Origin: an uncultured Chitinophaga sp.
Lineage (GTDB): Bacteria > Bacteroidota > Bacteroidia > Chitinophagales > Chitinophagaceae
DNA length: 64,000 nucleotides
NCBI RefSeq assembly: GCF_937898475.1
Contig: NZ_CALEJS010000032.1
Span: 115,841 to 179,840 of the forward strand
Direction: 5' to 3'
The notes below the pieces were generated by a model. It was given only the letters and a program-made list of their open reading frames with translations. It searched no databases and was not told the DNA's origin. The translations under genes and the position numbers were made by a program. Shown piece by piece: positions 36,974 to 46,008 of this stretch. Positions within the stretch are counted from its first letter, which is position 1, and each line of letters opens with the position of its first letter.

Positions 36974-37267
36974 TCAGCGCTGCGGCTTCTTGCGATACTT
37001 ATCCCCATGTTCCCAGAACTCGCGGAACACTTCATCCATTACGGCAACGATCTTTTCTTTTTCCGCGTTGCTGAGTGCAGGCACCATTTTACGGTTGGCT
37101 TCGGCGGGTTTATCAAACCCACGCATTTTGCGGTAAAAGGTAGGTACGCTCCAGGAACATTCTTCGCATACTTTTTCGCGGAAACGGATAGGAAGATTAA
37201 CCAGGCTGGAGTGGATATCCTGCAGCATATTAACAGGCACCGGCGTTTGAGGTATTAACTTCTTCAT
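36974..37267 (-). CDS. Small HTH-like protein, function unknown
   Basis: 97 aa. The segment CEECSWSVPTFYRKMRGF looks like the recognition helix of excisionase/MerR-like HTHs. It is divergent from the dual-HTH gene across an AT-rich spacer. Confidence 0.45.
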   Translation of the reverse strand: MKKLIPQTPVPVNMLQDIHSSLVNLPIRFREKVCEECSWSVPTFYRKMRGFDKPAEANRKMVPALSNAEKEKIVAVMDEVFREFWEHGDKYRKKPQR

Positions 37268-37682
37268 GGTCTCAAGGTTTTTGGCTATTTGATGTCAGAT
37301 AAATTACTGGGTGGTTTAATTAATAATACATCATGTTAAACGATAATTGCCTGCTTTAATGTCAGCAAATATATTGATAATGATCTGAATCGGAATGTTT
37401 TTTACTTATTATTTTATCATTCCGCCAATACGCTGCTGATCTGCGCTCCTGGCTGTTCTCAGGGAAATGTGAATTGTATTGTGGATAATTTGTATCGCAG
37501 CCTGACTGCCTGATATATAACAGGAGATTGATTTAGCAAAGAATACTGAATTGTGTTAATGATATTTTTCTTATTGTTGCGAAATTTTAATTCGCTGATT
37601 GAAATAGGAATTATTTATATTGTAATAATGATGTACTATGAAAAACTGACATAAACAATAAGTGTAAAAAATTTAGTTTACC

Positions 37683-38312
37683 ATGCAGCACGGGTTAATC
37701 CACATGGGCCAGCGCTTAAAGCAAATCCTCAAACAGAGAAAAATAAAGATTGTTGACTTCGCAAGAATGGCAGGCTTCACCAACCAGATAGCACACTATC
37801 ACCTCAGGAAAAGCGATATGAAAAGATCCACCCTGGAACGTTTCTGCGCGCTTGTAGGGATCAGTGCAGAAGAGTTTTACCAGTGGAACAATATGGTAGT
37901 GGTAAAAGGAGGTAAAGGCCAGGCAGCAACAACAGTAGCGCACCACGGGCAACGCTTTACAGAACTGATAGAGGAAAAGGGTCTGAACAAGAGCAAGCTG
38001 GCCAGACGTTTAGACATGAGCAGAAGAACCATGTACAACCTTTTTGAAAAACCATTGTTTGAGCCCGGCGAACTCGAGGCAGTAACAAAAGCGCTGGAGA
38101 TCACAGCAGCCGCTTTTCTGCATCCTGACACGGTAGAGGATGTACGAACTTCAGATTCTGATGAACTGCTGGCACTGCGGGAAAAGTATTACCGCCTGCT
38201 GGAAGATTACAACCAGTTGTTAAAACAACACAACGCACTAAAAGAAACACTGGATGCTTTCAAGAAGGATATTGTACTACTGCGTAAGCAAAGCCGTTCC
38301 AAAAAAGTTTAA
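37683..38312 (+). CDS. Protein with two XRE-type HTH domains and a C-terminal coiled coil
   Basis: HTH 1: GQRLKQILKQRKIKIVDFARMAGFTNQIAHYHLRK. HTH 2: GQRFTELIEEKGLNKSKLARRLDMSRRTMYNLFEK. The C-terminus LREKYYRLLEDYNQLLKQHNALKETLDAFKKDIVLLRKQ is heptad-like. An alternative start is the ATG at 37704. Confidence 0.6.
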   Translation: MQHGLIHMGQRLKQILKQRKIKIVDFARMAGFTNQIAHYHLRKSDMKRSTLERFCALVGISAEEFYQWNNMVVVKGGKGQAATTVAHHGQRFTELIEEKGLNKSKLARRLDMSRRTMYNLFEKPLFEPGELEAVTKALEITAAAFLHPDTVEDVRTSDSDELLALREKYYRLLEDYNQLLKQHNALKETLDAFKKDIVLLRKQSRSKKV

Positions 38313-38542
38313 GCACAACCACTGTACTTCGCTTCCAATGTTAACCACCTCTTAAACATTTATATTCTGTATACAAAAATGTAATGACCTGAATTTTTAT
38401 AGGAACCATAACAACGATATTGATCTTAAGAGGATTGATACAATACATTAATTGCTGTAAGTAACAATTTTTGTTTAGGTTTGTGTAGCCCAGGAATGCT
38501 TTTGATATCTGGCCACTCATCCTGATCCAAAAATTGTTAATT

Positions 38543-39073
38543 ATGTCAATCACCCCGCAGTTTCCGGAAACATGGTTTATATCTATGGCGGTCATGGGAA
38601 GGCCCAACCTGTTGACACGGCCGCGCTATTCTGCCATCATTGCCCGTCATCTGAACGCCGCGCATGAAGAGCAGCAAATCATTATCAGGAGCCATTTGTT
38701 ATTGCCAGACCAGGTAATGCTGCTGGTACAACCATTTAAGATGCCGCTCACCTTATGGATGCAGGACTTTGTAAAGGATACGGCCATAGAACTTTGCGAA
38801 AGCCTTAAAGCTGACCAGCAGGACGAAAGGAAGGAATGGTTTGAATGTTTTGTGAACCGCCACAATAACGGCTATGATGTATTATGGCGTAATATAGAGC
38901 ACCTGCCCGTTGGATCAAGGGGAGAATATGAAGCTTTCGAAGCCAGGATGCTCACCGCACCTGTTAAAGCAGGGTTTGTGAGCAACCCGGATTATTACCC
39001 CTACACCTGGTTCAACAACCGTGCGGGCGTGATGTACTCTCCACCTGTTTTCGAGGAGGATGAGCAGGATTAG
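38543..39073 (+). CDS. IS200/RAYT-like Y1-transposase-fold protein with apparently degenerate catalytic motifs
   Basis: WFISMAVMGRPNLLTRPRYSAIIARHL...IIIRSHLLLPDQVMLLVQP...VLWRNIEHLP...ARMLTAPVKAGFVSNPDYYPYTW parallels the Bacteroidota 'transposase' family pattern (FITF.V...DVFTR..Y..I...SL.Y......L....W.IMSNH.HL.V ... FWQ ... YIH.NPV.AG.V..PE.Y..SS), as I recall it. Here HUH is replaced by VML and the Tyr by Arg. The start is ATG 38543 or TTG 38534. Confidence 0.55.
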   Translation: MSITPQFPETWFISMAVMGRPNLLTRPRYSAIIARHLNAAHEEQQIIIRSHLLLPDQVMLLVQPFKMPLTLWMQDFVKDTAIELCESLKADQQDERKEWFECFVNRHNNGYDVLWRNIEHLPVGSRGEYEAFEARMLTAPVKAGFVSNPDYYPYTWFNNRAGVMYSPPVFEEDEQD

Positions 39074-39592
39074 TTATAATAACAGCTCACCTACTTCTTC
39101 CCAGGTGTTCACCCTTTTGAAACCCTCTACGTTCACGTTATGCGGAGCGGTAAACAATAGGGGTTGCCCTTTGAAGGTGCTCAGGTTCTTGATATGATCG
39201 TCGATCATATAATCTGCATCCACAATATTCTTATATCCGCAGAAAACGATGTTATGCCAGCTGATGAAGGGGAAATACTCTTCCAGCCAGGCCAGTTTTT
39301 CAGAAAGCGACTGCGGAAATTCCATGGCCGCTGAAACAATGTATACTTCATGTCTGTCGTGCAGGGCCTTGATCACTTCCTGGGCGCCGGGAATAACCGG
39401 TTTTGTTCTGAAAAAGCCCGGTGTGTACAGAAACTGACGAACTACGCCTTCCAGGGGGAAACCGGTGGTTTCTGGTTTTCCCAGCAGGCTTGCTTTCTCT
39501 ACCTTAACACCGTAACGTGCTGCATACCAGTCTATATAATGCTGTGTGCTGTCTGCCATCACACCATCCATGTCTATTGCAATTCTTGCCAT
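39074..39592 (-). CDS. 5'(3')-deoxyribonucleotidase (HAD superfamily, NT5C-like)
   Basis: MARIAIDMDGVMAD carries the DxDGV HAD motif I. The 172-aa size and the ...YMIDDHIKNL motif are typical. Confidence 0.8.
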   Translation of the reverse strand: MARIAIDMDGVMADSTQHYIDWYAARYGVKVEKASLLGKPETTGFPLEGVVRQFLYTPGFFRTKPVIPGAQEVIKALHDRHEVYIVSAAMEFPQSLSEKLAWLEEYFPFISWHNIVFCGYKNIVDADYMIDDHIKNLSTFKGQPLLFTAPHNVNVEGFKRVNTWEEVGELLL

Positions 39593-39687
39593 ATCTTGCT
39601 GTTTTGTGCAAAATTATGCATTTAGTCTCGATAATCATAGTAGAATATTGCAAATAATTACATAATATTGCAGAAAATAGCAAGAAC

Positions 39688-40434
39688 ATGTTGAAAGAAG
39701 AGCGCCTGGATTATATATTAAAGAAACTGCAGACAGATCAGAAGGTATTACAGACAGAATTAAGCAATGATCTGCAGGTTTCTGAGGATACGGTACGCCG
39801 CGACCTGGAAGTGCTGGCGCAAAACGGCCTGCTGATCAAGGTAAGAGGTGGCGCTATTCCTCATTCTCCCCATCCTTATTCTTTTAAAGACCGGATAGGC
39901 TTACATGAAGATGATAAACGCACCATTGCAGGCAAGGCTTTGTCATTCCTGCATGACGGGCAGACGGTTATTATGGACGGCGGTACATCTACCTATACGC
40001 TGGTAAAAATGTTCCCGCCCCAGCTGCGGATTACGGTGATCACCAACAGTGTGCCCATTGCCATGCAGCTGATGGAGCACCCATCTGCAGAAGTGATCCT
40101 TACCGGTGGACGGGTGTTTAAGAATTCGCAGATCACTTCGGGCCTGGATACCATCCGGATGTTTGAAAGGGTAAGGGCAGATATCTGCTTCCTGGGCATC
40201 TGCAGCCTGCATCCGGAGGCGGGGGTTACCAATATAGACCTGGCAGAATCGGAATTGAAATATGCCATGGTGCAGGCAGGCAGCCGGGTAATGGCGCTGG
40301 CCACCAGTGATAAGATGGGCACTGCAGAAGCATTTAAGGTATGTGAGCTGTCAGAACTGGATACTATTATTACCGACCGCCTGGAGCCGGAATTAATAGC
40401 GCCCTACCAGAAGTTGGGTATTAAAGTGATATAA
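39688..40434 (+). CDS. DeoR/GlpR-family transcriptional regulator
   Basis: The N-terminal HTH (ERLDYILKKLQTDQKVLQTELSNDLQVSEDTVRRDLEVL) is followed by a C-terminal DeoRC sugar-phosphate sensor domain. Confidence 0.88.
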   Translation: MLKEERLDYILKKLQTDQKVLQTELSNDLQVSEDTVRRDLEVLAQNGLLIKVRGGAIPHSPHPYSFKDRIGLHEDDKRTIAGKALSFLHDGQTVIMDGGTSTYTLVKMFPPQLRITVITNSVPIAMQLMEHPSAEVILTGGRVFKNSQITSGLDTIRMFERVRADICFLGICSLHPEAGVTNIDLAESELKYAMVQAGSRVMALATSDKMGTAEAFKVCELSELDTIITDRLEPELIAPYQKLGIKVI

Positions 40435-40441
40435 ATATAAC

Positions 40442-41698
40442 ATGTTGCAATCTTTATCAATTGATGCTATGTCTTCAAAAAGAGTGGCTCGTATTGCGGT
40501 AAGCTCCCTGTTTTTTTTAACTGGGCTATGTTTTTCCAGCTGGGCATCGCGCATACCCGCTATACAGCAGTCGCTGCACCTTAGCGAAGGCGGCCTTGGC
40601 GGTGTGTTGCTGGCGCTTCCCATCGGTTCAATGATATCCATGCCCGTGGCCGGATACCTGGTGAGCCGTTTCGGCAGCAAACAGGTGGTGCTGGTAGCCG
40701 GTATTTTCTATGCAGTAGTGCTACCGGTACTGGGCCTGGTAGCAACACCCTGGCAATTGTTTGCAGTGCTGATGCTGTTTGGCTTTACCGGTAACCTGGC
40801 CAACATAGCGGTAAATACGCAGGCCGTAGCGGTAGAGGAAATGTATGGCAGATCAGTAATGGCTTCCTTTCATGGACTTTGGAGCCTGGCCGGTTTTACA
40901 GGGGCTGCCATAGGGGCGCTGATGGCCGGGCAGGAAATACTGCCTTACCAGCATTTCCTGCTGATCACTGTAATGGGCGTATTGATTGTTGTATTAAGCG
41001 GCAGACATATTGTTCCGCATAAAGAAGCGGCGCTGAAGAAAGCAACGATGTCTATATGGGAGCGGGCAATAAGACGTGCTAAAAAATTTGTGAAAAGATG
41101 GAGGAACCCTGCATTGCTTGCGCGCGTGCGTTATATCTGGGCAAAGAGGAAACTGCGTATCCTGTGGCCACTGATCATACTGGGTGTAATTGCTTTCTGC
41201 TCTATGATCTGTGAAGGTACCATGTTTGACTGGAGCGGGGTGTATTTCAAGAAAGTGATCAAGGCGCCGGATGGTATGGCGGGTATAGGTTATGCGGCCT
41301 TTATGAGTACAATGGCTTCTTTCCGCTTTATAGCCGACTGGCTTACTACCCGTCTGGGTTCCAGGAGGGTTTTACAGCTCAGTGGCGCCTTAACGGCATC
41401 CGGCCTGCTGATAGCAGTACTGCTGCCATATTTTGCCACTGCCATATTCGGCTTTCTGCTGGTGGGAGCGGGCGTATCTTCGGTGGTGCCACTGGTGTAC
41501 AGCGCTGCGGGAAAATCAAAATCAATGTCTGCAGGCATGGCGCTGGCTGCCGTATCTACCATCGGTTACCTGGGCTTTTTGGTAGGGCCGCCGCTGATCG
41601 GGTTTGTGGCGCAGGCGTCCAACTTAAGCATTTCTTTCTCCATTATTGCACTGATGGGTACCTGTATTGCTGTTATGGGCAGCAGGGTAAAAGCATAA
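40442..41698 (+). CDS. MFS transporter
   Basis: About 12 predicted TM helices with a basic central loop (RRAKKFVKRWRNP...). An alternative start is the ATG at 40469. Confidence 0.8.
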   Translation: MLQSLSIDAMSSKRVARIAVSSLFFLTGLCFSSWASRIPAIQQSLHLSEGGLGGVLLALPIGSMISMPVAGYLVSRFGSKQVVLVAGIFYAVVLPVLGLVATPWQLFAVLMLFGFTGNLANIAVNTQAVAVEEMYGRSVMASFHGLWSLAGFTGAAIGALMAGQEILPYQHFLLITVMGVLIVVLSGRHIVPHKEAALKKATMSIWERAIRRAKKFVKRWRNPALLARVRYIWAKRKLRILWPLIILGVIAFCSMICEGTMFDWSGVYFKKVIKAPDGMAGIGYAAFMSTMASFRFIADWLTTRLGSRRVLQLSGALTASGLLIAVLLPYFATAIFGFLLVGAGVSSVVPLVYSAAGKSKSMSAGMALAAVSTIGYLGFLVGPPLIGFVAQASNLSISFSIIALMGTCIAVMGSRVKA

Positions 41699-41733
41699 AA
41701 AACGAGTTTGTTCAGCCATATAATAATAAAAAC

Positions 41734-41767
41734 AGAAAGTCCCGGTAAGTTCTTACCGGGACTTTCT
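41734..41767. terminator. Bidirectional terminator between convergent genes
   Basis: The perfect inverted repeat agaaagtcccggtaag / cttaccgggactttct is flanked by A-rich sequence on the left and T-rich sequence on the right. Confidence 0.8.
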
Positions 41768-41786
41768 TTATTAAAAGCGGTTGCCT

Positions 41787-42824
41787 TTATTTTCTTACGT
41801 ATTCAGACCGCTCGTCCGGCTCATTCTCCAGCACCAGTTTTGTGCTGCTCAGTTCAACTACAGGAATGATCAGCACGTCATAATTAGGCTCACCATCGTC
41901 ATAATCATATACCACTGTCAGCTTTTTGGTGGTTGCATTGTAAGACCAGCCGCCTGCATCCGTCCAGTTCTCATCATTGGTAATGTAGGACGGATTGTTA
42001 CAGGGTGTGCGCGCCAGCGAAAGATACATGTACTTTTCAGAAAAATAAGATTCAAACCTGCCATTATCAGCAAAGGTGACTTCGCTTGTCACCACCTGGT
42101 TAATATACTGGGCTACGCTAATGCAATTGGTAAAGTTGGGGGAGCAGGCTGCAAGCGTATCCGCGGAGCAAGCATACTGGTTAAATGAGCTGTCTGCCTT
42201 GTAGGGATCCCGCCATTCGCCGTCCCTTTGTTCGCGGCTTAGCCTCCAGCTGCCAAGGATGGCCGTTCCGCTTTCATCTGTTCCGGCGGCAATAACGGTT
42301 ACGCAGGCTTTGATAAAATTGCTTAGGCGGTTCTCAGCATCATAAGCCGCATATTCCAGGCAGAAAGTACCGGGTTTTATATTGGCGGGCAGTACAATAA
42401 CGATGGCCGAATCTGCATTACTGCCGGTTATTCTGGACAGACCGGAGCTTGTGCGGGGCTTTTTACGGCCGGAGACGGGCTTGGAATAATCCACCTTGAA
42501 ATAAGAATCAGCCCCGGTGATCTGTACATAGTAACCGGAAACCTCGCCGGATGCTACTTCGGGGATGATCACGGCATAACGTCCGCTGATCGCCATGATG
42601 GTCTGGTTGTTGGAAGAGGCTGCCAATACGGGAGCTTCCGTAACTGGCGTGAGCGGAATTGCTCCGGTAATGTTGGTGCCGTGAAACACTTTTACGGCGG
42701 CAGTCAGCGCCTTGGCATCAGCCGGGTCAATCTGTACACCGGGAGTCTCTTGGTTGTCTTTGTCTTTCTTGCAGGCATAAAGGGTTATACCGGCGGTTAA
42801 CAGGAACAGAAAGATTTTTTTCAT
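41787..42824 (-). CDS. Hypothetical lipoprotein
   Basis: MKKIFLFLLTAGITLYAC lipobox, 345 aa. The C-terminal part has a lipocalin-like GSWRL segment. I recognise no enzymatic motif. Confidence 0.6.
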   Translation of the reverse strand: MKKIFLFLLTAGITLYACKKDKDNQETPGVQIDPADAKALTAAVKVFHGTNITGAIPLTPVTEAPVLAASSNNQTIMAISGRYAVIIPEVASGEVSGYYVQITGADSYFKVDYSKPVSGRKKPRTSSGLSRITGSNADSAIVIVLPANIKPGTFCLEYAAYDAENRLSNFIKACVTVIAAGTDESGTAILGSWRLSREQRDGEWRDPYKADSSFNQYACSADTLAACSPNFTNCISVAQYINQVVTSEVTFADNGRFESYFSEKYMYLSLARTPCNNPSYITNDENWTDAGGWSYNATTKKLTVVYDYDDGEPNYDVLIIPVVELSSTKLVLENEPDERSEYVRK

Positions 42825-43100
42825 AGATATCAGGTTATTAAAAATAAAATTTACGGCGCAAAGGTAAGGGTTTACATGTCTATTTATACTAATGCTTTAT
42901 GTGGTGAATACGTGTTAAATACTACAACATATAATACTATGTTTTAAATCGATTGTTTAAGGGAAGCGCATTTTACAGCGCCTGAAGAAAATTTAATTTC
43001 CCCACAATACTTTGAAACGCTTAATTTTGCACGATTTTTTTTGTCCATCACTTGGCATGAAAATCAACAGGGTTTTTCATTTTCAATAGATTATATACAA

Positions 43101-45917
43101 ATGCCAAAAGACTCATCTATCAAATCTGTTCTCATTATCGGTTCTGGTCCTATTATTATTGGTCAGGCTTGCGAATTTGACTATTCCGGTTCCCAGGCAG
43201 CCCGTTCTCTGCGGGAAGAGGGGATAAAGGTGGTACTGATCAACTCTAATCCGGCCACTATCATGACGGATCCTATGATGGCCGACAGGGTATACCTGTT
43301 GCCGCTTACCGTGGAAAGTATAGAGCAGATACTGGAAGAGAACCAGATAGATGCTGTACTGCCAACCATGGGCGGACAAACTGCGCTGAACCTTTGTAAA
43401 GAAGCCGATGAACTGGGTATCTGGGAAAAGTATAATGTACGCCTGATCGGGGTAGACATTAAAGCGATCAACAAAGCGGAAGACCGTGAACTGTTCCGCC
43501 AGTGGATGATAGAACTGAACGTTCCTGTAGCGCCCGCTAAAACTGCCAACTCTTACCTGGAAGGAAAAGAGTTTGCGCAGGAGATAGGCTTTCCGCTGGT
43601 AATACGCCCTTCATTTACATTAGGCGGTACCGGTGGGGGTTTTGTGCACAGCAAGGATGAGCTGGATGAAGCGCTGAACCGCGGCCTGCAGGCCTCTCCC
43701 ATACACGAGGTACTGGTAGAAAAAGCTGTGCTGGGCTGGAAAGAATTTGAACTGGAACTGCTGCGCGACAAGAACGACAACGTAGTGATCATCTGTACCG
43801 TGGAGAACCTGGACCCAATGGGTGTGCACACCGGCGACTCCATTACCGTAGCGCCCGCCATGACCCTGAGCGATACTGCTTACCAGGAGATGCGTAACAA
43901 GGCCATGCAGATGATGCGCGACCTTGGCAATTTTGCCGGCGGTTGTAACGTACAGTTTGCACTGAACCCTGAGAACGAAGAGCTCATTGCTATTGAAATA
44001 AATCCCCGTGTAAGCCGCTCTTCTGCACTGGCTTCCAAAGCCACGGGTTATCCCATCGCTAAAATAGCCGCCAAACTGGCTATTGGCTATACGCTGGATG
44101 AACTGAACAACCAGATCACAGGCAATACTTCTGCCTGCTTTGAACCGGCGCTGGACTATGTGATTGTAAAAGTACCGCGCTGGAACTTTGACAAGTTCAA
44201 AGGCGCCGATGAAACATTGGGTCTGCAGATGAAATCTGTAGGAGAGGTAATGGCCATTGGCCGTACATTCCCCGAAGCCATTCAGAAAGCCTGCCAGAGC
44301 CTGGAGAACGAAGCCATTGGCCTGGGCTACTACGGCAAATCACTCATGAAGAGCGACCAGCTGCTGGAAAGGCTGAAAACGCCCACCTGGGACCGCATCT
44401 TCCGTATCAAGGATGCATTGATGGAAGGGGTATCTGTAAAAACCATCCAGCAACTGACCCTGATAGACCGCTGGTTCCTGCACCAGATCAACGATATCGT
44501 GAACCTGGAGAAACAACTGGCGGAGCATGATCTGCAAAGTGTTCCTGCCCAGCTGCTGCGTGAAGCCAAACAGATGGGCTTCTCAGACAAACAGCTCGCC
44601 CACCTCTTTGGCGACTTCACCGAAGAAGAAGTATACGAAAAGCGTAAAGCCCTCGGCATTACGCGTACCTATAAAATGGTAGATACCTGCGCAGCAGAGT
44701 TTGAAGCAAAGACGCCTTACTTTTACTCCGCTTTTGATTCACAGAACGAAAGCATTCCTTCTGAAAGAAAGAAAGTGATCGTACTGGGTTCCGGTCCTAA
44801 CCGTATAGGCCAGGGTATTGAGTTTGACTACTGCTGCACCCATGGCCTGCAGGCCATACAGGAATGCGGGTACGACGCCATTATGGTGAACTGTAACCCT
44901 GAAACCGTGTCAACAGACTTTGACATGGCCAATAAACTGTACTTTGAGCCGGTATTCTGGGAGCACCTGTGGGAAATCATCGAGCTGGAGAAACCGGAAG
45001 GTGTGATTGTACAGCTGGGCGGACAAACCGCATTGAAGCTGGCCAGGCGCCTGGAAGAGAAAGGCATCCGTATCATCGGCACCTCTTTCGATAATATGGA
45101 TATTGCTGAAGACCGCGGTCGTTTCTCTGATCTGCTGAAAGAACTGAACATTCCTTATCCTAACTACGGTACCGCCTATACTACAGACGAAGCCATTGAA
45201 GTGGCCAAGGAAGTAGGTTACCCGGTGCTGGTACGCCCCAGCTACGTACTGGGCGGCCAACGTATGCGTATCGTGATTAATGAAGAAGAGCTGGAGAAAG
45301 CGGTGATCAGCCTGCTGAAACACCTGCCCGGTAACAAGATCCTGATAGATCACTTCCTGGATCGTTGCCAGGAGGCTGAAATAGACGCCATCTTTGACGG
45401 TGAGAACTTCCACGTGATGGGCGTGATGGAGCATATAGAACCGGCGGGCATCCACAGCGGCGACAGTAACGCTGTATTACCGGCCTTCAATCTTAGTCCC
45501 CTGGAAGTAACAACCATGGAGTACTATGCAGAGAAGATTGCCCGTGCGCTGGACATCCGTGGCCTGATCAACATACAGTTCGCCGTTAAGAACGGAAAGG
45601 TATATGTGATAGAAGCCAACCCCCGCGCTTCCCGTACTACGCCTTTCATTGCCAAAGCATACCAGGTACCTTACCTCAACATTGCCACCAAAGTAATGCT
45701 GGGCGCCAATAAACTGACCGATTTCACAATAGAGAAGAAACTGGACGGTTTCGCCATTAAGGAACCGGTATTCTCTTTTAACAAGTTCCCGGGCGTTAAT
45801 AAAGAACTGGGCCCTGAGATGAAGTCTACCGGTGAAGCCATCCGCTTCATTAAAGACCTGCGTGATCCTTATTTCAGGCAGTTGTATAAAGAAAAGAGCA
45901 TGTACCTGAGTAAATAA
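43101..45917 (+). CDS. carB: Carbamoyl-phosphate synthase large subunit
   Basis: I prefer the ATG at 43101 ([33 protein letters not shown]). The second half starts [25 protein letters not shown], giving two ATP-grasp halves. No carA is adjacent. Confidence 0.95.
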   Translation: MPKDSSIKSVLIIGSGPIIIGQACEFDYSGSQAARSLREEGIKVVLINSNPATIMTDPMMADRVYLLPLTVESIEQILEENQIDAVLPTMGGQTALNLCKEADELGIWEKYNVRLIGVDIKAINKAEDRELFRQWMIELNVPVAPAKTANSYLEGKEFAQEIGFPLVIRPSFTLGGTGGGFVHSKDELDEALNRGLQASPIHEVLVEKAVLGWKEFELELLRDKNDNVVIICTVENLDPMGVHTGDSITVAPAMTLSDTAYQEMRNKAMQMMRDLGNFAGGCNVQFALNPENEELIAIEINPRVSRSSALASKATGYPIAKIAAKLAIGYTLDELNNQITGNTSACFEPALDYVIVKVPRWNFDKFKGADETLGLQMKSVGEVMAIGRTFPEAIQKACQSLENEAIGLGYYGKSLMKSDQLLERLKTPTWDRIFRIKDALMEGVSVKTIQQLTLIDRWFLHQINDIVNLEKQLAEHDLQSVPAQLLREAKQMGFSDKQLAHLFGDFTEEEVYEKRKALGITRTYKMVDTCAAEFEAKTPYFYSAFDSQNESIPSERKKVIVLGSGPNRIGQGIEFDYCCTHGLQAIQECGYDAIMVNCNPETVSTDFDMANKLYFEPVFWEHLWEIIELEKPEGVIVQLGGQTALKLARRLEEKGIRIIGTSFDNMDIAEDRGRFSDLLKELNIPYPNYGTAYTTDEAIEVAKEVGYPVLVRPSYVLGGQRMRIVINEEELEKAVISLLKHLPGNKILIDHFLDRCQEAEIDAIFDGENFHVMGVMEHIEPAGIHSGDSNAVLPAFNLSPLEVTTMEYYAEKIARALDIRGLINIQFAVKNGKVYVIEANPRASRTTPFIAKAYQVPYLNIATKVMLGANKLTDFTIEKKLDGFAIKEPVFSFNKFPGVNKELGPEMKSTGEAIRFIKDLRDPYFRQLYKEKSMYLSK

Positions 45918-45935
45918 AGGCTAGAAAGTTTAAAA

Positions 45936-45988
45936 GTTTAAGGGCTTGAAATGCCGCGGTTATCCGCGAACGTTTCAAGCCCTTAAAC
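45936..45988. terminator. Bidirectional terminator between carB and the tricorn-like protease gene
   Basis: The perfect 16-bp arms gtttaagggcttgaaa / tttcaagcccttaaac enclose an inner cgcgg/ccgcg stem and are followed by gttttattcttt. Confidence 0.8.
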
Positions 45989-46008
45989 GTTTTATTCTTT
46001 AATCGTTT

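Noticed and set aside
36900-39100. Possible prophage or integrative-element call for the AT-rich patch
   Set aside because: There is no integrase, no structural or conjugation genes, no flanking tRNA and no direct repeats. At most it is a remnant, so I report it only as a compositional oddity.
42825-43100. Possible riboswitch or attenuator upstream of carB (small hairpins such as tgaaaa...ttttca)
   Set aside because: The stems are short and AT-rich, and I see no recognisable conserved riboswitch core.
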